A stretch of 64,000 bases of DNA from a virus. Of the stretch, positions 17,989-27,400 are shown piece after piece (position 1 is the first letter of the stretch; every line of letters starts with the position of its first letter). The position numbers and the translations under genes were made by a program. The notes below the pieces were generated by a model. That model saw nothing but the letters and a program-made list of their open reading frames with translations, had not been told where the DNA came from and did no database searches. The stretch lies in IMG/VR virus record IMGVR_UViG_3300042890_006166, positions 1 to 64,000 of that record; one strand, 5' to 3'.

Positions 17989-19166
17989 AAAATAAAGGTA
18001 TAGATGTTTATAAAAATGTGGTAAAAGACCTTAGGTGTAGGGTCAAAGACACTTTTGATTTCAAATTTAGTTTTGATTATGGCCCCAAAGTTGATATGGT
18101 TGGAAATAATCCAAAAACTAAAAGAACCATAAAATACAAAGATCTAAACACCAATCATTATGTTTTCGAGACAGAAACCAGTCCTGGATTATTTACGTCG
18201 GTTTTCAGAAGATGGTTTACCCCATGGCGAGTAGAGGTTTACGAAGGAACCAAAGAAATCTGGAGTTTTGACTTTGAGTCTTCTCTTCACAAACAGAAAA
18301 TTTTGGTTTCTATTGATTCCTCTTCATTAGGAGATACTTTGGCCTGGGTTCCGGTGGTAGAGGCTTTACGGAATAAATATCAGGCAGATGTTATTGTTAC
18401 TACCTTTTGGAATTCTTTACTAACGCAATTTTTTCCACAACTTAAATTTTTCCCACCCGGATACAGGGATCATTCCGCTAAGGCAGTTTTTGGTGTTGGC
18501 TGGTACGAAGAGGAAGATAGAAATTGTCATCGCAGAGATCCTAGATCTATTTCTTTACAACAGGTGGCAGGAGATATCCTGGGGATAGATGTTAAAACTG
18601 ATTTACTTCCTCCACAACTTCCTAATTGGTTGTATAGCTTGCCTCCAAGAGAATCCGGAAAATATGTTTGTTTGGCTACAGAGTCTACAGCCAATGCCAA
18701 ACACTGGCACTACGAAAAGGGATGGCAGACAATAGTGGATTACCTTCGAATACTTGGTTATGAAGTTCGGGTCATTCACAAACAAAACAACACTTTAGAG
18801 AGTGTGGTAGATAAAACCGGGGACCGAGATATTTTACAAAGAATGGCCGATATCTATCAAGCAGATTTTTTTATCGGCATTGGTTCTGGACTTTCCTGGC
18901 TAGCGTGGTTTTTGCAAAAACCAGTGGTTATGATTTCTGGGTTTTCCGATCCATCCTGTGAATTTTCGAGAATGAATTATAGGGTTATCAATAGAAATGT
19001 GTGTCACGGGTGTTTCAACGACGTAAAATATAAGTTTGATCGTGGAGATTGGAACTGGTGTCCTAGATTGAAAAATACAGAAAGAATGTTTGAGTGTACC
19101 ACAAAGCTGAGTCCACAACTTGTGATTGAACAAATTAATTTACTTATACAAGAGCAAGGTTTGTAG
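17985..19166 (+). CDS. tibC/aah-like: TibC/AAH-family (autotransporter-type) protein O-heptosyltransferase
   Basis: SLGDTLAWVP (TibC TLGD catalytic Asp), YVCLATESTANAKHW...GW, FFIGIGSGLSWLAW...PVVMISGFS.P..EF, and the four-Cys iron site CHGC...WCPR.KNT.R.FECT; full length including N-terminal beta-barrel. Confidence 0.85.
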   Translation: MKNKGIDVYKNVVKDLRCRVKDTFDFKFSFDYGPKVDMVGNNPKTKRTIKYKDLNTNHYVFETETSPGLFTSVFRRWFTPWRVEVYEGTKEIWSFDFESSLHKQKILVSIDSSSLGDTLAWVPVVEALRNKYQADVIVTTFWNSLLTQFFPQLKFFPPGYRDHSAKAVFGVGWYEEEDRNCHRRDPRSISLQQVAGDILGIDVKTDLLPPQLPNWLYSLPPRESGKYVCLATESTANAKHWHYEKGWQTIVDYLRILGYEVRVIHKQNNTLESVVDKTGDRDILQRMADIYQADFFIGIGSGLSWLAWFLQKPVVMISGFSDPSCEFSRMNYRVINRNVCHGCFNDVKYKFDRGDWNWCPRLKNTERMFECTTKLSPQLVIEQINLLIQEQGL

Positions 19167-19193
19167 AATCTGTTGACTCTGCTTCCCGTGGTG

Positions 19194-19201
19194 GATATAT
19201 A
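19194..19201 (+). promoter_or_regulatory. GATATATA putative late promoter
   Basis: Exact motif before the neck gene. Confidence 0.65.
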
Positions 19202-19233
19202 CACAAAAGCAATTTTTTTGTTTATATCTCATC

Positions 19234-21783
19234 ATGTCAGCCATTCCCCCCAATAAAGCAATTTTTACAGGACTTCCTGTGTATAACGGGAATGGTAATC
19301 AAAGGGATCTGACCGATCCCAGATATCAGTACCAGGACAATTTATCGAACACCGAAAAGGTACAAGAAACATCTACTGATAATTTATATGGAACAACTGG
19401 AGCTGCTTTAGCCCGAGGAATTCAGATAGGATGTAACGGATATCACACTGTTTTAGCTTCCAATGGAACTTATTATTACGCTCCTTGTGAATCACAGGAG
19501 TGGTTGATAGAAAGATTAACTCAGTTAGACTCTGCTCTAAATTTTACATACATTGGAAATTATAGAGTTCTAACTTACGATCAACCTTTTAGATATGCGA
19601 GTTCTTTCGATGGATGGACTATAGATGCAGCCTTTGCCCTGGAGGGTTATCCAGTAGATCTGAATACTGTTTCTAGTGCTTCGATTACAAACGGAATCGC
19701 TGTTGATTTTAGATATTCGGTGGATGGAGAAACCTGGTCTCTATGGACTAATGTTGGCTTCGCCACGACAGGAATTCAAAATTCTAATTCATCTGGAGAA
19801 AAAGCTCAAATTTTTTCAATACCTCTCGATCCGAATAAACCATTTTATCCAGAGTTCAGATTTACATCTGTTATTATCAACCAAGATGGCTCAATAGCAT
19901 GGGAATCGGAAGAACCTATAAATCCAAATGTTGTCATAGTTTCATTTGATCTTTCTTTGACATATAATACCGACGTGGCTACAGGACCAGATAATTTAGT
20001 CATACGTAATCCAGTTCCACAATGTTCCCCTGAACAATCCAATCGGCCTGTAGTTTTCAACGAATGTGGACCATTTACTTTCAACCCTTACAATATAAAC
20101 AAGGCAATTAACCTTTACAAAGATTTGAGTTTAATTGTTAATAAAATGTTTGGTTTTGAAACCAATTATTATTCTGTACAACCTCAATCCAGATCAAAGG
20201 ACGTTGTTCTCAAAGAGTGGACTTTGTATGATGTGGTAGAGGAAAGATGCGTTAAGGTGATGGTACCTCAAAACCAATTTCCGGACAACAAACCCAACTA
20301 TGATCCGTTTGGGATATCTTTCGAAGAGCCATTCGAGATTCACATCGACAAGGTGTACTTCGAAAGTTTATTTGGTCGAGGATCACAGCCACGTAAAAGA
20401 GATATTCTTTATTTTCCTTTAACCAACAGAATTTATGAAATAAATTCCACCTATCTTTTTCGTGATTTCATGTATTCACCAATTTATTTTAAAATAGAAT
20501 TGAAAAAATACAATCCAAAATCTAACACTTACTTTAGGGATCCAGCCTACAAAGAAGAATTGGATGGGATTGCTTTGAATTCCCAGAAATTATTTGGAGC
20601 TGAAACAGAGGCACAAGAGGAACTTATTACCAAACCACAACAGTACGTCACGACCACGAACGATCGCGGTACCGATCCCACCCGATCGTACGTGTACGAA
20701 AAACTACCGATTGTAAATTATGATTTAAATAACAACTGGACAATTGTGTTCAACAATTACTACGATTTATATGATGCTTTCCAATCCAATCCAGAATTTG
20801 TATACGAGCCAAACAAATATCGGAACGGTGTTAGATATCTTACCACACCTAAGCTCGAGGTAGATGGAGAAATAGCTTTCACGTGTTGGTTTTCTATCAA
20901 AAATTATGTTAATGAAAATTCGCTGACCAAAAAACCTTATCCCCCCATCCCCATGGCACAGGAGACGGTAACTCCCACCAGAATTGTCTACAACACCACC
21001 CCCTATAAACATGGTCTTTCCCCGTGGCTTGGTTACGAAGGAAATCCAGATGGATATGTAGCAGTCAAATCTGATTTAAACCACTCTGGAGGATTTCAAG
21101 TGGCTTCTGTGATTGATGAATTTAAATTTTCTGTTGTTAATCCCAACAAGCCGTTTTCTTTAGATCCTCCGGCACTTAAAATGCAAAAAGCACAGGCTAG
21201 AAATCTAATTGCCGGGGATTATCTGGACCCTAACGAAGGACCACAAGGACTCAGAGTAGATCTTATCTATTCAGGATCTCAAGAGCCCAACAACACCAAC
21301 TTTCTACAAGAAGGAAGCATACAAATCAATATTAATAATTTTGTCTTTAATTCCAAACTTCAGTTTGTTCCTGAGATTGGTGAATGGTATGCCCTGGTGG
21401 TAAATATTTCGAATAAATATCGTCAGCTGGGAGTCAATATGTGGAAGATGAGTTATGATGTTAATAACCCACAAGAACAATCCTCGAATCTTGTTCCGGT
21501 CCATCAAGATTTTAGAACTTTGTCACAGGAATATACTTTCGATTTGCCCAAAGATATTGTTACAGATCCAGCCAACCCCTTGTATGGAACAGACAACAAT
21601 GCTTATAGGATATATACTTCGCCAGTTTTGCTTTCCAACATCAGAATTTTCAAATCGATGATAGACATTAACAAACAATCGATTGTCCTGAATCAGAACG
21701 TTGTAAGGGATGCTCAGCTCGCCCATATTATCGACAATGCCAAACCAACTTTGGCAATTCCTAAAATCCCTAGAAAGGGTTAA
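19234..21783 (+). CDS. Multidomain neck protein (T4 gp14-like core) with N- and C-terminal extensions
   Basis: Central FGFETNYY...FGISFEEPFEIHIDKVYF...PRKRDILYFPLTNRIYEIN resembles gp14; N-terminal A..IGCNGYH...YAPC motif; lies before terminase. Confidence 0.65.
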   Translation: MSAIPPNKAIFTGLPVYNGNGNQRDLTDPRYQYQDNLSNTEKVQETSTDNLYGTTGAALARGIQIGCNGYHTVLASNGTYYYAPCESQEWLIERLTQLDSALNFTYIGNYRVLTYDQPFRYASSFDGWTIDAAFALEGYPVDLNTVSSASITNGIAVDFRYSVDGETWSLWTNVGFATTGIQNSNSSGEKAQIFSIPLDPNKPFYPEFRFTSVIINQDGSIAWESEEPINPNVVIVSFDLSLTYNTDVATGPDNLVIRNPVPQCSPEQSNRPVVFNECGPFTFNPYNINKAINLYKDLSLIVNKMFGFETNYYSVQPQSRSKDVVLKEWTLYDVVEERCVKVMVPQNQFPDNKPNYDPFGISFEEPFEIHIDKVYFESLFGRGSQPRKRDILYFPLTNRIYEINSTYLFRDFMYSPIYFKIELKKYNPKSNTYFRDPAYKEELDGIALNSQKLFGAETEAQEELITKPQQYVTTTNDRGTDPTRSYVYEKLPIVNYDLNNNWTIVFNNYYDLYDAFQSNPEFVYEPNKYRNGVRYLTTPKLEVDGEIAFTCWFSIKNYVNENSLTKKPYPPIPMAQETVTPTRIVYNTTPYKHGLSPWLGYEGNPDGYVAVKSDLNHSGGFQVASVIDEFKFSVVNPNKPFSLDPPALKMQKAQARNLIAGDYLDPNEGPQGLRVDLIYSGSQEPNNTNFLQEGSIQININNFVFNSKLQFVPEIGEWYALVVNISNKYRQLGVNMWKMSYDVNNPQEQSSNLVPVHQDFRTLSQEYTFDLPKDIVTDPANPLYGTDNNAYRIYTSPVLLSNIRIFKSMIDINKQSIVLNQNVVRDAQLAHIIDNAKPTLAIPKIPRKG

Positions 21784-21794
21784 AAACCATTTTT

Positions 21795-22580
21795 ATGCCA
21801 AGACGTAAACCAAAACCAGAGAAGGTTGTCCAGGAGAGAATCAAGGCAAATTTAGATTCCATCCTGATGGAAGAAAATTTGGAGATTGAATCTTTAACCA
21901 CTGACAATCTTCCGAGAATGAAAACAACGGAGATCATGGATTTTCAGGCTCAAATTCAGTCTACCGGTACAGATTCCAGAGATCTTTTAGAATCTTTGGC
22001 CAAATTCTACGTGGACCAAAATTTAATCGATGAATCCGAATTTCTTGAATATAAGAAGAAAATAGATGCAATGAACGTTGGATCTATGATGCTCCAGATA
22101 AAAACTGCACAGCACGCCATAACCAAGCTCGTAGAAGAAATTGATTTGGGAAGTGCTTCTGCTCGAATGTTTGAGGTTCTTGCACAATTGCAAGCCCAGA
22201 TTATGCAAATGTCAAAGGATCATCAGACATATCTAGAAAAAACTGAAGCCAGTTACAAAAACTTGAGAAAAGAATTGGAGATGAAGGCTTCTTCTGGATC
22301 TGTTCCCATGAAGCAAAATCAAGAATCTGATACCTCTTTTTCACCAAGCTCTTCGCCTTCTAGCCAAGGAACGAACTCCGCACTTAAGGTGAGAGGAACC
22401 AAAAGTTTAATGGAAGGACTGAGGGACATTTTGGGAGCTGAAATCCAAGACGTAAAAGTCGAGGAAGTGAATGAAAATGCGGTTGTTAATGCCAGACAAA
22501 AAGCAAGTCAAGATGCTTCCAAAAACATAAGTATCGAGAGCGAAGGTACTTTTGAAATAGACGACGATTTATTCCTATGA
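21795..22580 (+). CDS. Probable terminase small subunit (gp16-like)
   Basis: SARMFEVLAQL resembles the gp16 PR.FEV..QL motif; ATGA overlap with terL. Confidence 0.55.
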   Translation: MPRRKPKPEKVVQERIKANLDSILMEENLEIESLTTDNLPRMKTTEIMDFQAQIQSTGTDSRDLLESLAKFYVDQNLIDESEFLEYKKKIDAMNVGSMMLQIKTAQHAITKLVEEIDLGSASARMFEVLAQLQAQIMQMSKDHQTYLEKTEASYKNLRKELEMKASSGSVPMKQNQESDTSFSPSSSPSSQGTNSALKVRGTKSLMEGLRDILGAEIQDVKVEEVNENAVVNARQKASQDASKNISIESEGTFEIDDDLFL

Positions 22581-24376
22581 GCAAACAAGAAGATAATTAT
22601 TTAGATTCCAATTATTGGTCCACAAAAAGGGTTGATGACCTTATGAGGAAGGTTGAGGAGGAAGGTTTGGATTACAAATCAGTCGAAAACCCTTTTCATG
22701 ACGGGGATCCATCTCTAAAAAGGTCTAATTTGCTTTGGGAATATACACCAGAGGAATTGCAAGAAATGCAAAAATGTGCCTTGGACGTGGTACACTTTGC
22801 AAAGTACTGTCAGGTAATGACCGATGAGGGGCTTCAATACATTCAATTAAGAGATTATCAAGAATCTGTATTGAGGGAATATCAGAATAATAGATTCAAT
22901 GTTTTTCTTGCACCGCGTCAAGTGGGTAAATCCATCACATCTTCTATCATTTTAGTGTGGTATCTACTTTTCAATCACGATAAAAATGCGATGATTTTGG
23001 CTAACGTTGGATCCACTGCGGAAGAATTGATGGATAAAATCAAAGCAATCGTGAAAGGTTTGCCCTGGTTCTTAAAGCCGGGGATGATTGTTAATAACGT
23101 TATGTCCATGAAATTCGATAATGGGTGTAGGGCGATAGCTAAGACCACCACGAAAACAACGGCAATTGGTTTTACAATTCACTTTTTGTACATGGATGAG
23201 TTTGCTCATATTCATCCCAATTTTATCGAGTCTTTCTTTCGTTCTTCCTATCCTACAGTTTCATCTTCAAAGGTGTCAAGAATTATTATCACTTCTACAC
23301 CTAACGGCATGAATAAATTTTATGAGATTTATCAAGGCGCTCTCACTGGGGAAAATTCGTTCAATCCTGTTCGGGTGGACTGGTGGCAGGTTCCGGGCAG
23401 GGATGAAGAATGGAAAAGACAAGAAATTGCCAACCTAGGTAGTGAGGAACTTTTCAATCAGGAATACGGCAATCAATTTCTCAGTTCAACCTCTTTGTTG
23501 TTAGGATCAAATGAGCTAAAAAAAATCAAATCAAACGAATCTGAATATGTGTGGAGGGAGATAGATGTTTTGAGCGATTTGGGTGTTGTTTACGAGAATT
23601 TCAGATGGCACCCAAAATTTTCTTTAGATTCAGCATCTTTAGAGGATAAAAATTTTGTTTTTTCTGTGGATCTTGCTGGGGGTGGAAGAGGCGATTTTAC
23701 GGTCATAAATATTTTTAGAGTTGTTCCTTTACCCAAAAAATTAATCGAAACTATCGATGACTATAAGGACGAAGCGGACTTTTTTGGTTTACTTCAGGTT
23801 GGAGTTTTTAGAGATAATGGAATTCAAATCGAGGACATCAAAAAAATGTTGGAGGCTTTAATTTTAAATATATTCAACAAAGAAAGATTAACTATCATTT
23901 TAGAGATGAATTTCAGGGGAGAACTTCTATTGGACAAATTGATTTCAAACGACGAGATTTCTTTGGATATGTTTTTACACACCAAACATACAGAGTCTGC
24001 AAGAACTGCAAAACCTGGCATCAAGTACAACGAGAAGAACAAAATGAAATATTGTGAAATGTTAAGATCTTTATTTAGACAAAACCGGGTTATTGTGAAC
24101 GAAAAAGCATGGACTATTCCTGAACTTTTTTCTTTTGGCTTAAACAGCAGCGGAACCTATTCTTCACAATCTGGACACGACGATGTTGCCATGACATTAG
24201 TTAGTTTATCTTCTCTTTTTGAAACAACTGCTTTTTATGACCTAATAGGTGACCTGTACGATCGAATGGATGAAGGGTATAGAAAATTAATAGAATCTAA
24301 ATTAGACGACAAAGAAAACGACGGGAAAACAAAGGAAGGAAGCTTTTATAATTCTTTTAGTAAGCTAATGTCATAA
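22577..24376 (+). CDS. terL: Terminase large subunit (T4 gp17-like)
   Basis: LRDYQ adenine motif, APRQVGKS Walker A, YMDEFAHI Walker B, ITSTPNG, SVDLAGG nuclease Asp, HDDVAM. Confidence 0.95.
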   Translation: MSKQEDNYLDSNYWSTKRVDDLMRKVEEEGLDYKSVENPFHDGDPSLKRSNLLWEYTPEELQEMQKCALDVVHFAKYCQVMTDEGLQYIQLRDYQESVLREYQNNRFNVFLAPRQVGKSITSSIILVWYLLFNHDKNAMILANVGSTAEELMDKIKAIVKGLPWFLKPGMIVNNVMSMKFDNGCRAIAKTTTKTTAIGFTIHFLYMDEFAHIHPNFIESFFRSSYPTVSSSKVSRIIITSTPNGMNKFYEIYQGALTGENSFNPVRVDWWQVPGRDEEWKRQEIANLGSEELFNQEYGNQFLSSTSLLLGSNELKKIKSNESEYVWREIDVLSDLGVVYENFRWHPKFSLDSASLEDKNFVFSVDLAGGGRGDFTVINIFRVVPLPKKLIETIDDYKDEADFFGLLQVGVFRDNGIQIEDIKKMLEALILNIFNKERLTIILEMNFRGELLLDKLISNDEISLDMFLHTKHTESARTAKPGIKYNEKNKMKYCEMLRSLFRQNRVIVNEKAWTIPELFSFGLNSSGTYSSQSGHDDVAMTLVSLSSLFETTAFYDLIGDLYDRMDEGYRKLIESKLDDKENDGKTKEGSFYNSFSKLMS

Positions 24377-24385
24377 CACGTTAGA

Positions 24386-24444
24386 GATATATAATTTAGA
24401 ACTCTAGTAATATCCACATTTGTGGTAATCCATTTTGATATATA
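24386..24444 (+). promoter_or_regulatory. Two tandem GATATATA putative late promoters
   Basis: Exact motifs at 24386 and 24437 before the sheath gene. Confidence 0.65.
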
Positions 24445-24472
24445 CTAGGGAAAAAATATCTTCAAAACGATA

Positions 24473-27400
24473 ATGGCTAAGAAAATCAAACTCGATTTAT
24501 CACAATTCAAAGCTTCTGGCGTTTATACGTTGGAATTTAATGCTTCTGAAAACATCATCCTAACCTCACAAACAATTCGTTTGGTTGTTGGGTTTTCGAA
24601 TAAAGGCCCCTTTAATGCTCCGGTTTATATACCAGATGTCACCACGGCAATTGCAATCTTCGGGGACATTGATAAAAACCTAGAATCACAAGGTTGCTTT
24701 TTTCAGAGATCGATTTTAACTTGTCTTTCTACGGGACCGGTTTTTGCTTTGAATTTGCTGAGATTAAATAACGATGAAACTTCATCAACTGCAGACAAAG
24801 TAGACTATTTCGGTTTTTCAGTTGCTACTGATGAGCCTAATGGGGTTTTAACTTCTCGTTTGTACTCCTCTTTTTACAACAAAGAAAGATTCTGGTTTGC
24901 AGACGTTGATTATTTTCTTGCTACTATGTCGGTTGTAGACCAAGGTAGAATTTTCAATTTAGTGAATCTTGGACAACAGTCTATGTCTGTTATTGTTAGA
25001 AAATCTACGGATGCTACTCCTCCCCTCCAAGGATATGACATTTTTGCCATCGATTGGTATGGAGCAAACAATGTACCTAGTTACGTACATCCTTATGATT
25101 ATATTTCCGATTGGTTTATTGATGTTATAGCTGTCTCTGGGGATTGGACAAATTATCAGGCCTTGTCTGAAGATCCAGAATGGTCTGCCTTTTTTACACC
25201 CAATGGTTTTATAAAAAGTCAAATCAACAATTTTCTTAGTCAACAAAATGTCAACATTATTACCCAGGTAACAGGATGTCTGATTGTTGATTTTGTAGAT
25301 CTTAATGGTAACAATCAATTCATCCAAACACTAGTTAATAACAACACCCCTTCTACTGGACTATTTTGTGCCGTTGATGCCGAGGGTTTGGAGTACCTTT
25401 GTCAAAATAGGTTCAAAGTAGATTTGGTTGGTAACTTCTTGATTGACGAACTCACTGGAGATAGAGACCTTCAGGATCCTACCTTGAATTTTTTGAGTTA
25501 TGACCAACAGTTGATTCAAGATTATCTTTACACCCAAAATTCAATCGGAATAACTGGTGGAGGAGTTACTGGAGGAACAGCAGGTGTTGCCTACATTCCA
25601 TTGAACGTTGGAACATTATTTAACCTAGGTGGACCAACTGGACCTACTGCTGGAGTACCAGCATCCTCTCTAGAACCTTACGACCCAAGTTTAACATTTG
25701 GTGGTCTTCATTATCTTCGTACCAATTCCGGTGTTACTGGTGGTGCAGTTGTAAATGTTTATATTACTAACGGCGGCACTGGTTACACAAGTGCACCAAC
25801 GATCTCTTTCTCGGGAGTAGGAACGGGGGCTGCTGCCATTGCGATCATATCAGGGAACGAGGTATCTAGCATTACTTTAACAGCTAGTGGATCTGGCTAT
25901 ACATCCGCTCCGACTGTAACCTTCTCGGGGGGTGGGGGAACGGGAGCGGCAGCTTCTGCAGATATCTTAACTGAACCTTCTTTAACCTCAGCAGAAAAAT
26001 TAAGATTGAAAGATTTTGTTACCCCCACTCCTTCATACACTCCGTTTATTCTTGGCACAGTTACAATTCCTGCAGGAGCTACCGGAAATGTTATTAATCA
26101 ATTTACAACCGGGGACTTGGTCAAACTTAAAATAACAGGTGTCAGGGAAATTGCAGGTAATTTAACCATAACTTTCACACATCCACTGGATACTCCAGTT
26201 TATGCTTCTCAAGGAATTCAGGTGAGTCCTACTTCCTTTACAATGGGAACAACCTCTGGAATAGTTTCTGAATTTTATCAACAGTTTGGTGCATCTGATT
26301 ATCTTGACATCGTAAATGTTGCTTCTATCACAGGAGGTACAGCTTCAAACGCTTTAACCGGACAAATCTCAACTAGATTGTATCAAAACATTTTGTACTC
26401 TGAAATAGGAGGCCCAACAGGTTCACAAGCAGATCAGATCGAAGATGGTGATACTGTTTGGCTAGACGCAGCAGGAACGAACATCCTTTATCTAGATACT
26501 CAAACAACAGTTGACAGAGATCAATTCAATGTCTCTTATGTTAGATCTTTCAATAATATTGCCAGACAGAGTCCAGACAATCTTGTTAATTACCCCAATT
26601 TTGGAACTGTATATGCTTCAGATAATATTGGATTTACTGTTGGTTCTTCTCAAACCGACATAGTATCAAGTGTAGCATCTATCAATCAATTCCTAGATGT
26701 ATTAACCAAAATAGATACTACAAGCTTTACGTTCGTTCCGGATCAGATTAACAATAAAATAATTTCAGTTGGAGACTATTTGGTTTCTACTGACTTAGAA
26801 TTGTGTGAAACGGTAGGAGCTAACAGACAATCGAGGTTGACTAAAGTAACCGCCGTAGCACAAACCACTACTTCAGGAGTTGTTAGAGTTGTCTGTGCTA
26901 GACCCATCTTATTTTATTCTGGATCTCCAGTACAGGTTCAGAAGTTCAAGTCAATACCCCAATTTACTAGATCTTTCGATTTCATTTATTTGAGTGGTTA
27001 CACCATGAGGGATGCTCAAAGACCTAATGGAACTGATGCGAGAGTTGATGAGATTTTGAACGTTCTTTATGATACAAATCTGGCTGCAACTTTGGCAACC
27101 AAAGACGTTATTTCCTTCCGTTATATCGTAGATACTTTCAGTGGAACAATTCAACCGAATTCGAAGTACCAACTTTCTAAGTTGGCTATGATGAGGCAAA
27201 AGGCTTTGGCATTCATTAATGCTCCTTCTATGGCACAGTTTAGAGCTAGCACAGACCCAAGATTTACTAACGCTCCAACAGCAGTAGATCCATTTCCTCC
27301 ACTAGAAGCTCAATATATTGCTGAAGGTGGAAACCTATCTCTGAACCCTTCTTATACATTTAGTCTTCCAACCCAAGATCTAGGGGCTTCATTTGCTGGT

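Noticed and set aside
24410-24425. DnaA-box-like ATATCCACA within near-palindrome CCACATTTGTGG
   Set aside because: Single imperfect copy between two late promoters; no box cluster to support an origin or operator.
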